From positions 33,973-97,972 of the forward strand of contig JALVPN010000110.1 in the NCBI GenBank assembly GCA_027031765.1: a DNA stretch of 64,000 bases, in the 5' to 3' direction. The notes beneath the pieces were generated by a model. It ran no database searches and was not told the DNA's origin. It saw only the letters and a list, made by a program, of their open reading frames with translations. The stretch comes from Promethearchaeota archaeon (GTDB taxonomy: Archaea > Asgardarchaeota > Thorarchaeia > Thorarchaeales > Thorarchaeaceae). The number at the start of each line of letters is the position of its first letter. The first letter of the stretch is position 1. A program made the translations under genes and the position numbers. Shown here piece after piece: positions 28,377 to 36,597 of the stretch.

Positions 28377-29588
28377 TCAGGTGTACAGGGACAGGCCTGC
28401 CCTCGCATGTCTGGTCAAAATCCGCCTTACGAGTTGTCTCTTCAGTCTCTCGTACGTGTCGAGCTCAGCTATCATCTTGTACATTATGTCGCGGATGTAC
28501 TCGTCCTCATATGCGAGCCTGAGGACGGTCTCCATGTTCTTCTCGCTCTTGAACACCAGTTTCGCTATGCTCTTCCCGACCTTGAGGTCGTCCATGAAGC
28601 GTTTCTTCCAGCGCCCCTCGTATTCACGGAGCAGCTTGGGGTCTTTCTCCCTGACAGCCCGGTTCAACACGTCGGCTGCAATGATTCCAGACTCAATGGC
28701 CATCGGAATCCCCTCCCCGGAGAATGGGTTCACAAACCCTGCTGCATCGCCCACCAAGAGTGCCCGTCCGACTACAGTCCTTTCTGCAGCCCCCGAGTAT
28801 GGGAGTCGTGCGGCTGAGTCAGACACGATTTCTGGCTCGATGTCGTGCTCTTCCACAAAGCTCTCTAGCCACTTGTTGAAGTGCTGACGGATGTTCTGTG
28901 CCCTGTCCTGTCGACACCCGGCTCCTAGGCTCAGGACACTCCTCTTTGGGAAGCACCAGACGTAGCCATAGGGTACGGGGCCGAAGAAGATGTCTATACT
29001 CACTCCTTCCCTGTCGAATGGGACGCCACAGATGCGTGTCACGGCGTCCGCCCCGACCTCCACTTCCACTTCTATGGCAACAGCAGCAGTGTCACGCTTC
29101 CACCCCTCATAGAACCCGAGAGACCGCGCCACAGTACTGTTGATGCCGTCAGCACCCACTACGAAGTCTGCTGTCACGGTCCGCCCGTCATCCAGTGCGA
29201 CCGTGACCTTGTCACTGTCCTGTGCCACCCCAACAGCCCTCGTCCCGTCCCACAGCTCAGCGCCGGCCTCTCCGGCCTTCCTGAAGAGCAGGTGGTCGAA
29301 CTCCTCCCGCATGACGAGGTCGCCTGAGATCTGCGGCCTGATACACTCCACCTTCAGCCCAGAGGGGGAGTAGAACCTCTGTCCATAGACGCGCCTGTGC
29401 ACCACCTCGTCAATTGGGAAGTCCAGCAGTTCCCTCACTATGTTCCTTATGCCTCCGGCACATGGCTTGTCTCTCGGAAAACGGGCCTTGTCCATCAGAA
29501 GGGTCTGCATACCCTTCTGTGCACATCTCCGTGCTGTGGTTGAACCTGCCGGCCCTCCACCTACAACTATGACATCATAGTCGCTCAT
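28377..29588 (-). CDS. geranylgeranyl reductase family (digeranylgeranylglycerophospholipid reductase-like)
   Basis: FAD-binding N-terminus YDVIVVGGGPAGSTTA plus CAGGI; start trimmed to MSDYDVIVV. Confidence 0.85.
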   Translation of the reverse strand: MSDYDVIVVGGGPAGSTTARRCAQKGMQTLLMDKARFPRDKPCAGGIRNIVRELLDFPIDEVVHRRVYGQRFYSPSGLKVECIRPQISGDLVMREEFDHLLFRKAGEAGAELWDGTRAVGVAQDSDKVTVALDDGRTVTADFVVGADGINSTVARSLGFYEGWKRDTAAVAIEVEVEVGADAVTRICGVPFDREGVSIDIFFGPVPYGYVWCFPKRSVLSLGAGCRQDRAQNIRQHFNKWLESFVEEHDIEPEIVSDSAARLPYSGAAERTVVGRALLVGDAAGFVNPFSGEGIPMAIESGIIAADVLNRAVREKDPKLLREYEGRWKKRFMDDLKVGKSIAKLVFKSEKNMETVLRLAYEDEYIRDIMYKMIAELDTYERLKRQLVRRILTRHARAGLSLYT

Positions 29589-29657
29589 TGTACTGGCACC
29601 ACTGCACCCCGTGTGTTGTGCCGCCACTAATTTATTTTCCATTGTCCGGATGTGTGG

Positions 29658-30185
29658 TCAGCGGCCGGTGCTGCCAAACCCGCCGGCCCCCCTCTCAGAC
29701 TCTGACAGAGTCTCTACAAGTTCGAGTTCTACTCTGGGGACTGGTCTTACCGCAAGCTGGCCGACCCTCATCCCCCTCCTGACCCTGAACACTGTGTTCC
29801 CGTGGTTTATCAGGATGACCTTGACCTCTCCCCTGTACCCACTGTCAATGGTACCGGGGCCGTTCAGGACGCTGATGCCCTCTTCCAGTGCGAGGCCGCT
29901 CCGTGCCCTGACCTGTCCCTCATACCCCTCGGGTATCTCAAGCGCGATACCTGTCCGCACTGCACGCCACTCGCCAGGTGGCAGGTCGCAGTCCTCTACC
30001 GCATACAGGTCAAATGCTGCGTCCCCATGTCTTGCAAGGGTGGGTACCTGTGCACCGGGCACCAACTTCTTCACACGCACTCTGACAGCGTCCACAGGGC
30101 CACTCTCCTCTTCCCGTGGGGTTGCCAGATGTATAGAACCCTGAGTATTATTCTCCCTCATAGTGAATCCCTCTAGTGTGTACAT
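29658..30185 (-). CDS. dut: dUTP diphosphatase (trimeric dUTPase)
   Basis: dUTPase motifs AAFDLYA, GTIDSGYRGEV and C-terminal GFGSTG. Confidence 0.8.
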   Translation of the reverse strand: MYTLEGFTMRENNTQGSIHLATPREEESGPVDAVRVRVKKLVPGAQVPTLARHGDAAFDLYAVEDCDLPPGEWRAVRTGIALEIPEGYEGQVRARSGLALEEGISVLNGPGTIDSGYRGEVKVILINHGNTVFRVRRGMRVGQLAVRPVPRVELELVETLSESERGAGGFGSTGR

Positions 30186-30642
30186 TGCCAGTGCCCGTAT
30201 TGTACCGTCAGGATTGCCCCCGGGTCTACAGTCACCATGGCGTCTGCACCAGTCATATAGGGCTGACCCGTCCGGTCATGTTGCCTACAATACGACGAGA
30301 AATAGAAGTGGTGCCGCGGGCCGGATTTTTCGGCCGGGAGTCGTGACGAGCCCCCGTGAACCGGCGACGACACGGTCTTCAGCCGTGCGATCTCCCTGAC
30401 TGATCTACCGCGGCTCACTCCACCGACAAACTATAGACGATATAAAGCTAGCGCATACGTCGGTGTCACACATACCGATGCGACATGGGTCTGACCTGCA
30501 CATCGTGTCTGTGGTGCTATGTGACAGACGTTGTCTGACCTGCTACTGGTGTCCATACAGAACCGCACTGTCCCCCACATGGCGGGAGGTGCACCATACC
30601 ATACCTATACCATGTCCAGTGTTGGTGTGGACTGGCTGTCAT

Positions 30643-31161
30643 TCAGCGCAGTTTGTAGTTCGTATAGCTTGCGATGACTGCTGTCACTATTGCTGCAATG
30701 TTGGCTGCTAGGGGATAGATGAACAACGAGTCGAGAAAGGCAAGGGTGGCAAGCCACGACGGGAGGTTACTGATATCAGATATCCCGAAGGGGACAAAGT
30801 AGACCATCATGAACACTGCGGTCAACAGTGCAACGCCGACGAATGGTGGGAGGTCTTCTCGAGACCTTGCAAGAGCGGAGAGTCTGTCAATCCATGACAT
30901 CTTGCTCTTCTGTCTTTTGCGTCGCTTCTTCCTTGATGCAATCTCTGCCCACCTGTACATTGCCTCAGCCATGAGGACATACGCTCCTGCCAGGACTGCC
31001 GTGACACCCAGTGACACAATCAGTTGCAGCTCTACACTCAAGACCTGCACGTATACGGTGGCATGCCATATCAGGGGCACCTGCACCAGTGCTGCTATTC
31101 CTATGAATATCATGACAAGTCCTGGCTTCTCATCGCGTTTCCACCTGACTGGAGGGTTCAT
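30643..31161 (-). CDS. hypothetical membrane protein
   Basis: Four hydrophobic segments with a basic loop (RKKRRKRQKSK). Confidence 0.4.
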   Translation of the reverse strand: MNPPVRWKRDEKPGLVMIFIGIAALVQVPLIWHATVYVQVLSVELQLIVSLGVTAVLAGAYVLMAEAMYRWAEIASRKKRRKRQKSKMSWIDRLSALARSREDLPPFVGVALLTAVFMMVYFVPFGISDISNLPSWLATLAFLDSLFIYPLAANIAAIVTAVIASYTNYKLR

Positions 31162-31241
31162 GTCATTTCACCTGGCTGTTGCCTCGTCCGGGTGGGCGGC
31201 GCCCACTTTAACCTTTTGGAGCACCAGGGCATGTTGAGTCA

Positions 31242-31862
31242 TCATCTCTTCACAGCCATCTGCTTCATGTGCTGTCCCCCCCGCACGGCCTCGACCTCAA
31301 ACCAGTGACCATGGTCTTCCATCCGCACCACGTGGAAGTCACACTCTTCCAGTAGTGCAGCAGTCCTTGACATGTCCTGTCCCTGTCTACCATGCATCCC
31401 GTATCCGACCTGTGTAATGGTGCCGTCAGGCAGAATGCCCCGCATCCTGAAGATGAACACATCCGTGTCGCAGTCAATCCTGCAGGCCTTCACCAAGAGG
31501 GCCCCACTACCAGTCAGCACCCTTGAGACCTCTCTCACCACGTGTCGCTTGACGTCCCATCCGGGCATGAACCCAAGCGAGAACCAAAATGTGGCAATGT
31601 CAAATGTGGCGTCCCGGAAACACAGGGACCTTGCATCTGCAACTACCCATGTGGCCTGTGTTTCGTGGATGCGGGCCTCTCGCACCTCGTCCATTCGGAT
31701 GTCCACAGCACAGACCCTGTCCCCTTCGACCCTTGCCACTAGGCCCTCTCCTCCTCCCCCAATGTCAATGATCCGTCCCGGCCCGGTGACCCTGTTAAGG
31801 ACGACTTCTTGGAGTGGAGTCCTGAACACCGTGGGACTGGGAGTGCTGTGTGATACGTCCAT
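31242..31862 (-). CDS. class I SAM-dependent methyltransferase
   Basis: Motif I IIDIGGGGEG and following acidic strand; start trimmed to MDVSHS. Confidence 0.55.
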   Translation of the reverse strand: MDVSHSTPSPTVFRTPLQEVVLNRVTGPGRIIDIGGGGEGLVARVEGDRVCAVDIRMDEVREARIHETQATWVVADARSLCFRDATFDIATFWFSLGFMPGWDVKRHVVREVSRVLTGSGALLVKACRIDCDTDVFIFRMRGILPDGTITQVGYGMHGRQGQDMSRTAALLEECDFHVVRMEDHGHWFEVEAVRGGQHMKQMAVKR

Positions 31863-31977
31863 GTGGTGCTCCCGCCGTCCGACCGATGATAACTCTGTCG
31901 CCACCTTTCACGTCTGGAGTGTCCATGGGGCCTGCACTAGCGGGTCAGGTCGGTCACAACAGCAGAGATAAGAAGAG

Positions 31978-32084
31978 TGGTGGACCGGGCGAGATTTGAA
32001 CTCGCGACCTCCTCCATGCCAAGGAGGCGATCTCTCCCGGCAGGCCCGGTATGCGGGCCCACAACCGGGCTGATCTACCGGCCC
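31978..32084 (-). tRNA. tRNA-Ala (anticodon GGC) with ~28-nt non-canonical intron in D-loop
   Basis: Reverse complement: acceptor GGGCCGG/CCGGTCC, anticodon arm CCTCC-TTGGCAT-GGAGG, T-arm GCGAG-TTCAAAT-CTCGC, ACCA; the D-stem halves GATC...GATC are 38 nt apart, which implies an insertion. Confidence 0.55.
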
Positions 32085-32114
32085 ATACTGTATGTTCGCT
32101 CTGTGTGTCTGGTA

Positions 32115-32303
32115 CTATCCACGCACTCGCATGCCATAAACCTTCTTGTGTGCCCAGTTGTAGCTCCGGAGTCGGCTCGAGGCACCAAAGCCGCAAGCAG
32201 CACATCTCTTGTGTCGGACATGATAGGACCTCCTACCACATCTCCTACAACGTATGTGATGGGGGTTGTTCTTCTTGCCCCTTGCTGGTGTTCCCTTTCC
32301 CAT
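32115..32303 (-). CDS. rpl37e: 50S ribosomal protein L37e
   Basis: [29 protein letters not shown]...C..CG zinc-ribbon r-protein. Confidence 0.85.
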   Translation of the reverse strand: MGKGTPARGKKNNPHHIRCRRCGRRSYHVRHKRCAACGFGASSRLRSYNWAHKKVYGMRVRG

Positions 32304-32309
32304 CTCGTT

Positions 32310-32549
32310 CTACTCCTTGCCACTCTGGGGGGATGGTGACACGATTACCACATTGTCGCCCCTGACAATGACCGTTGCAATTGCGGTCACGACTTCTTCT
32401 TCGGTCTCTGGGTCGAGAGCTATCTCGTCTGCGTCTTCCAGTATCAGGTTCAGGTGCTGGTCAAACCCACGGAGTCTTCCTCTTATCTTTCTCTTTCCCT
32501 TCAGCTCGACTAGGACCTGCGTTCCTATCGAGTGTTGGAGCAGCTCCAT
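32310..32549 (-). CDS. Sm-like (LSm) archaeal protein
   Basis: Sm1/Sm2 motifs VLVELKGKRKIRGRLRGFDQHLNLILEDA; conserved L37e-LSm pairing; start trimmed to MELLQH. Confidence 0.8.
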   Translation of the reverse strand: MELLQHSIGTQVLVELKGKRKIRGRLRGFDQHLNLILEDADEIALDPETEEEVVTAIATVIVRGDNVVIVSPSPQSGKE

Positions 32550-32736
32550 TGGCTTCCCTGCATTCACTGAAGTCCACCAACGCGGAAGACACATCGAGAG
32601 AAGCAGCTCACGATGTTCGCGCTAACCTTATGGAACGGCTTAAAAAGCTGACGATGGACACTCGCGGTACCGGTGCCAGTCCCGACCGTGTGCCCGGCAC
32701 CAAGACCGATGCGGCATGATTGCTATGACGAAGACT

Positions 32737-33228
32737 ATGCGTGTCCGACGACGCCACCTGCTCAAGAAACGGGACCGCAAGGCCCTGGTGGCTGAGCTGT
32801 CTGGTAGCCTCGGCCAGTCGCTCGAAACACTGTCTGGCCGTCCCGACCTTGAAGTTGGCCTGTTGGACGCTGGTGAGCGGGTTGTCCTGCTCGACGGCGA
32901 GGTCATGTTCTTTGAGGTGGGCGGTCGTCTGCTCCCGACAGTCCGTGCGATTCTCGGTGGTCTCGTCCAGCTCCCAAAGGTCACAGTCGACATGGGCGCA
33001 GTGCGTCACGTTGTCAATGGTGCCGATGTGATGCGCCCCGGTGTCACAGAGATTGACGATGGCATCGCTGAGGGGACGGCAGTCGTGGTGGTCGACGAGC
33101 GACACAACAAACCGCTCGCAGTCGGTGTGGCACTGATGTCCTCTGAGGAGATGCGGCTTGCGTCTGGCGGCAAGGTCGTCAGCAACAAGCATCACATCGG
33201 AGACCCGCTCTGGGAGTTTGGGAAGTAA
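32737..33228 (+). CDS. PUA-domain RNA-binding protein
   Basis: C-terminal PUA-like segment (VRHVVNGADVMRPGV...VVVVDERHNKPLAVGVAL). Confidence 0.55.
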   Translation: MRVRRRHLLKKRDRKALVAELSGSLGQSLETLSGRPDLEVGLLDAGERVVLLDGEVMFFEVGGRLLPTVRAILGGLVQLPKVTVDMGAVRHVVNGADVMRPGVTEIDDGIAEGTAVVVVDERHNKPLAVGVALMSSEEMRLASGGKVVSNKHHIGDPLWEFGK

Positions 33229-35981
33229 TCCTCTGCGGCACCTGCCCGCCTGCGCCGGAGGTGTTCCAGTGCCGCCTTGAATACGGTGCGGGCATACTGT
33301 TCCTCAAGACCACACTTCCTTGCAAAACGGTCGCGTGCCAGGTCCTCCTTTTCCCGGTCAACCTCCTTGTAGACTATCTGCTCAATTGATGTGTACCCCC
33401 TATCAAAGAGGGTCCTTGCGGCCGACCGTGTGAGCCTCATTGATGTGCCCTCCTTGCCGGGGATTTCGAGGTCCATCAGGTCTGACCTTGCCAGGTCTTT
33501 TGAGATGCCGTACTGTAGCCGTCGACTGAAGACCCTGAACTCCTCCGCAAGGGCTGGTTGTTGACGGCTCGTCATATACTTCGATATATCCCATGCGATG
33601 TTGCTACAAATCCTAACGAATGCTTCGAGGTCACCGTCGTTCATGTACACGCCACCATATCTCCTCCCCTCCACCTCTATCCGGCCAGCCAGCTCCTGCG
33701 CTCTTTCTATCACCTCGACCAAGGGCAGTTCGTCAATCCAGTCTTTCAGGATCTGGACCTTGACGGCACGGCGCTGTTCCACAAGTCCACGGTACCACTC
33801 GTCTGGTGGACTGAGACCGGCCACCTGTACCTCAATATCTAGGGGCATCAGGTTGCTGGGGCGTATTGACTGCGGCAGCCGGAACTGCAGGACGATGTCT
33901 ATCAACACCGAGTCATCAACACTACTGGTCAGCCCCTCCAGTATGTTGCGGATTCTTACGAGTTCCATGATGTCGAGGCCCGCCTGCACGGCCGCTGCGG
34001 CATCCTCAGCCAATACGTAGTGACCGTCCTCTTCGACTACCACCTGCTCTTCTACCAGCCATCCAAAGAGCTTGGCAAACATCGAGTCCAGTCTTCGCTT
34101 GGCGTCCTTGTCCACGGAGGCCCAGAAACTTCGGCCCGCTGCACCGAAGAACGCGTCCCGTGCCTCCTGCGCCGTGAACTGTCCTCTCCGGACCGCTCCT
34201 CGCATTATCAGGCTTGCCGCAAGGTTTGGTGGCACTACTGCGGGACGGAGTGGTCTCAGTGGGCCGTGCAGGAGTCTCCGTTCTATCTCCTTTCTGTCCC
34301 CCTTTCTTGCCCTGTCGTCCATGAATACAAGGTATACGCGTCCGCCATGCTCTGCAAGGTGGTATTCTCCGATGCGCCCCGCTATCTGGAGGTATCTTGT
34401 CCTGTTAGTGATGTTGTTAGCAAGGACTCTGTCAAAGAGAATGATGACACAGTCGACTGGAAGGCTAGTGCCCTGTGTGATGCCGGTCGTGGAGACCACG
34501 GTTCTGATACGTCCTTTCCTTGTGTGTTCCTCAAGGCGTCCCCTCACATCTGCCCTCAGGCCTGCATGGTAGAACGCCACGCCCCTCGCTAGGGTCTCAC
34601 ACAGCTTCCGCATCACTGGCATGGTGGTCTCTCCACCAACTACCGCCTCGACGGTTCTCGGGTCGACCTGGCGTGGGTAACGGGCAGCAAGCCTCTCCGC
34701 ATACTCTTCCACATTGCTCCGGGTCCCAACGACGACGAGCACAGTGCTGTTGTTATAGTCGCCCATGTGATGGAGCACGGCTTCTAGTGGGTCGTTGGCC
34801 TTCACATGTGCGCTCTGTGCTGCATCGCTGCTGACTATCTCAATACCACCGTCCGTCCTTGTAACTATGAACTCGTCAGGGAACAGTCTGACACTGGGCC
34901 TGAACACCTGGGCGCCGAGCCACTGTGTCACCTCTTCTGTTGCCCCAAACCTCGACGAGAGCGTGAGGACTCGTGTCCTGTCCTTCAAAAGTGCCACTAG
35001 GATGTCGAGCCTGGCACTCCTGTCTGTGCCAAGGTTCCGTACAGTGGTCTCTTTCACTGTGGAGTTCAGTTCGGTGAGCTCGTCGATCACTACCAGTCCT
35101 AGGTTCTCAGTCCATCTGCGGTTGCTGAGCACCGCCGACAGTGCAGACTCGATGACGGCGACGACAATGTCTGCACTTTCAAGCTCCTCATCTGTCGGCC
35201 GTGACTGGCCGTCATGTCTGACCACCTTGTACCCCATGTCTTGGAACAGCTGTCCGTACTCGCTGATTACCTGACGGTTCAACGACAGGTACGGTGTTAC
35301 ATAGAGGCACTTCTCCCCTGCCTGGATGCTCAGGAGGGTCACTATCATTGCAAGGAATGTCTTGCCAGAGCCCGGCGGCATCTGGAGCATCAGGCTCCCA
35401 CTGACAGTCCCGACCTCATCTAGGAACCTGGCCTGTGCAGGGAGGAGCGACACGAAATTCTTCCGCCTGAGGAGCTTTCGTGCTGCCTGTTGGACATCAG
35501 TTTCGCCCTTCATGTAGTCGACAAGGGTGCTGATGGTCATCAGTGCCATCCTCCCCTCACGTGTGATCATGAACTTGCGCTTGTTCTTCGCACGTGGGCC
35601 GGCAGCTGCAACATAGCCCACTTCTACTAGGCGGTTCATGGTCTCGTAGATTGTGCCACCAGCTAGGACTCTCCCATACTTCCTCCTGACATCTGCCCGT
35701 CGGAGCTCCCCTTGGGAGGCCAGTGTTTCGCCCTCTTTGTCGTATTGCTGCATCACGCCTGCAACGATTTCGTGCCATCTCAGTCGCGGGGCAATATCAC
35801 CGAGCTCTGGGTTCAGTACATCGAGGATTTCAATGGCGTAACGGTTGCTCAGTGCCTTCAGCTGGGTCCTGAGCCGCTGGATTTCTTCACGCGTCATCCT
35901 CGTGGTGCCCATCTTTTTCACTCGCCACTGGTGAGTTGACAGTATGGTGTGCCCGCCTCTTAAACCAGACCCATAATACAC
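33192..35981 (-). CDS. SF2 (Ski2/DExH-like) helicase with N-terminal winged-helix domain
   Basis: Walker A PPGSGKT, motif II DELT, motif VI QIAGRIGE; N-terminal ~120 aa resembles a wHTH regulator; ~350-aa helical C-terminal extension. Confidence 0.7.
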   Translation of the reverse strand: MYYGSGLRGGHTILSTHQWRVKKMGTTRMTREEIQRLRTQLKALSNRYAIEILDVLNPELGDIAPRLRWHEIVAGVMQQYDKEGETLASQGELRRADVRRKYGRVLAGGTIYETMNRLVEVGYVAAAGPRAKNKRKFMITREGRMALMTISTLVDYMKGETDVQQAARKLLRRKNFVSLLPAQARFLDEVGTVSGSLMLQMPPGSGKTFLAMIVTLLSIQAGEKCLYVTPYLSLNRQVISEYGQLFQDMGYKVVRHDGQSRPTDEELESADIVVAVIESALSAVLSNRRWTENLGLVVIDELTELNSTVKETTVRNLGTDRSARLDILVALLKDRTRVLTLSSRFGATEEVTQWLGAQVFRPSVRLFPDEFIVTRTDGGIEIVSSDAAQSAHVKANDPLEAVLHHMGDYNNSTVLVVVGTRSNVEEYAERLAARYPRQVDPRTVEAVVGGETTMPVMRKLCETLARGVAFYHAGLRADVRGRLEEHTRKGRIRTVVSTTGITQGTSLPVDCVIILFDRVLANNITNRTRYLQIAGRIGEYHLAEHGGRVYLVFMDDRARKGDRKEIERRLLHGPLRPLRPAVVPPNLAASLIMRGAVRRGQFTAQEARDAFFGAAGRSFWASVDKDAKRRLDSMFAKLFGWLVEEQVVVEEDGHYVLAEDAAAAVQAGLDIMELVRIRNILEGLTSSVDDSVLIDIVLQFRLPQSIRPSNLMPLDIEVQVAGLSPPDEWYRGLVEQRRAVKVQILKDWIDELPLVEVIERAQELAGRIEVEGRRYGGVYMNDGDLEAFVRICSNIAWDISKYMTSRQQPALAEEFRVFSRRLQYGISKDLARSDLMDLEIPGKEGTSMRLTRSAARTLFDRGYTSIEQIVYKEVDREKEDLARDRFARKCGLEEQYARTVFKAALEHLRRRRAGAAEDYFPNSQSGSPM

Positions 35982-36011
35982 GGTCTTTTCTTTTGCGCCA
36001 GCGCACTCTAC

Positions 36012-36443
36012 GTGGGTACGAGGTGCGTATCTGTGCGGTTCTGGAAAAGAGACGAAGAGGAAAAGGCTGAGAGCACTGTGGAGTCTGAAGAGCCGCAGGC
36101 CGGGCCGGTCCGCGGGCTAGGTGTATTTGCACCCGCTGGTGTGACGAGCTGTTATCCTGATGGGGAACACGAGTGTAAGCGGCTGGCAGAGCTTGAGGCC
36201 ATATTCATCCGCTCGAAGCGTCTGGAGTCCCTAGACGATGTGCCCTATGTTGTCAATGAGGTGCGGGCGGGTAACATTGTCCTCCTAGACATCAGCGCCC
36301 TGAACAACGGACGCGAACAGTCACGTCTAGAGCTGAAGCGGATAATTGAGCGTATCCGGGGGGAAACCCGGTGTTTCCGTGCCGACATGGCCCTTGTCAA
36401 TGACAACTGTGTGATTGTCACGCCACCTTTTGTGAAGATGTGA
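36012..36443 (+). CDS. sepF: cell division protein SepF (DUF552) homolog
   Basis: C-terminal alpha/beta core (VRAGNIVLLDISALNN...CFRADMALVNDNCVIVTPPFV) matches the SepF family. Confidence 0.6.
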   Translation: MGTRCVSVRFWKRDEEEKAESTVESEEPQAGPVRGLGVFAPAGVTSCYPDGEHECKRLAELEAIFIRSKRLESLDDVPYVVNEVRAGNIVLLDISALNNGREQSRLELKRIIERIRGETRCFRADMALVNDNCVIVTPPFVKM

Positions 36444-36483
36444 GTCCGGGTCTGTCTGCCAGTCCGGGCTTGGCCCGGCCGGG

Positions 36484-36597
36484 CACTCACTCCTCACACG
36501 AGCTTGATGCTCTCTGTTACCTCGCGCCCGCGGGCTGTCTACGCGCGCAGGCGCGGCGACACTCACTCCTCACACGAGCTTGATGCTCTCTGTTACC
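36484..36597. repeat. two perfect 38-bp direct repeats (36484-36521, 36560-36597) separated by a 38-bp GC-rich spacer
   Basis: Direct inspection: CACTCACTCCTCACACGAGCTTGATGCTCTCTGTTACC occurs twice; copy 2 encodes the last 9 codons plus stop of aCPSF1. Confidence 0.85.

Noticed and set aside
36484-36597. Possible mini-CRISPR (38-bp repeat, 38-bp spacer, 38-bp repeat)
   Set aside because: There are only two repeat copies, no cas genes and no leader, and one copy is the coding 3' end of aCPSF1. A tandem-duplication scar is far more likely.
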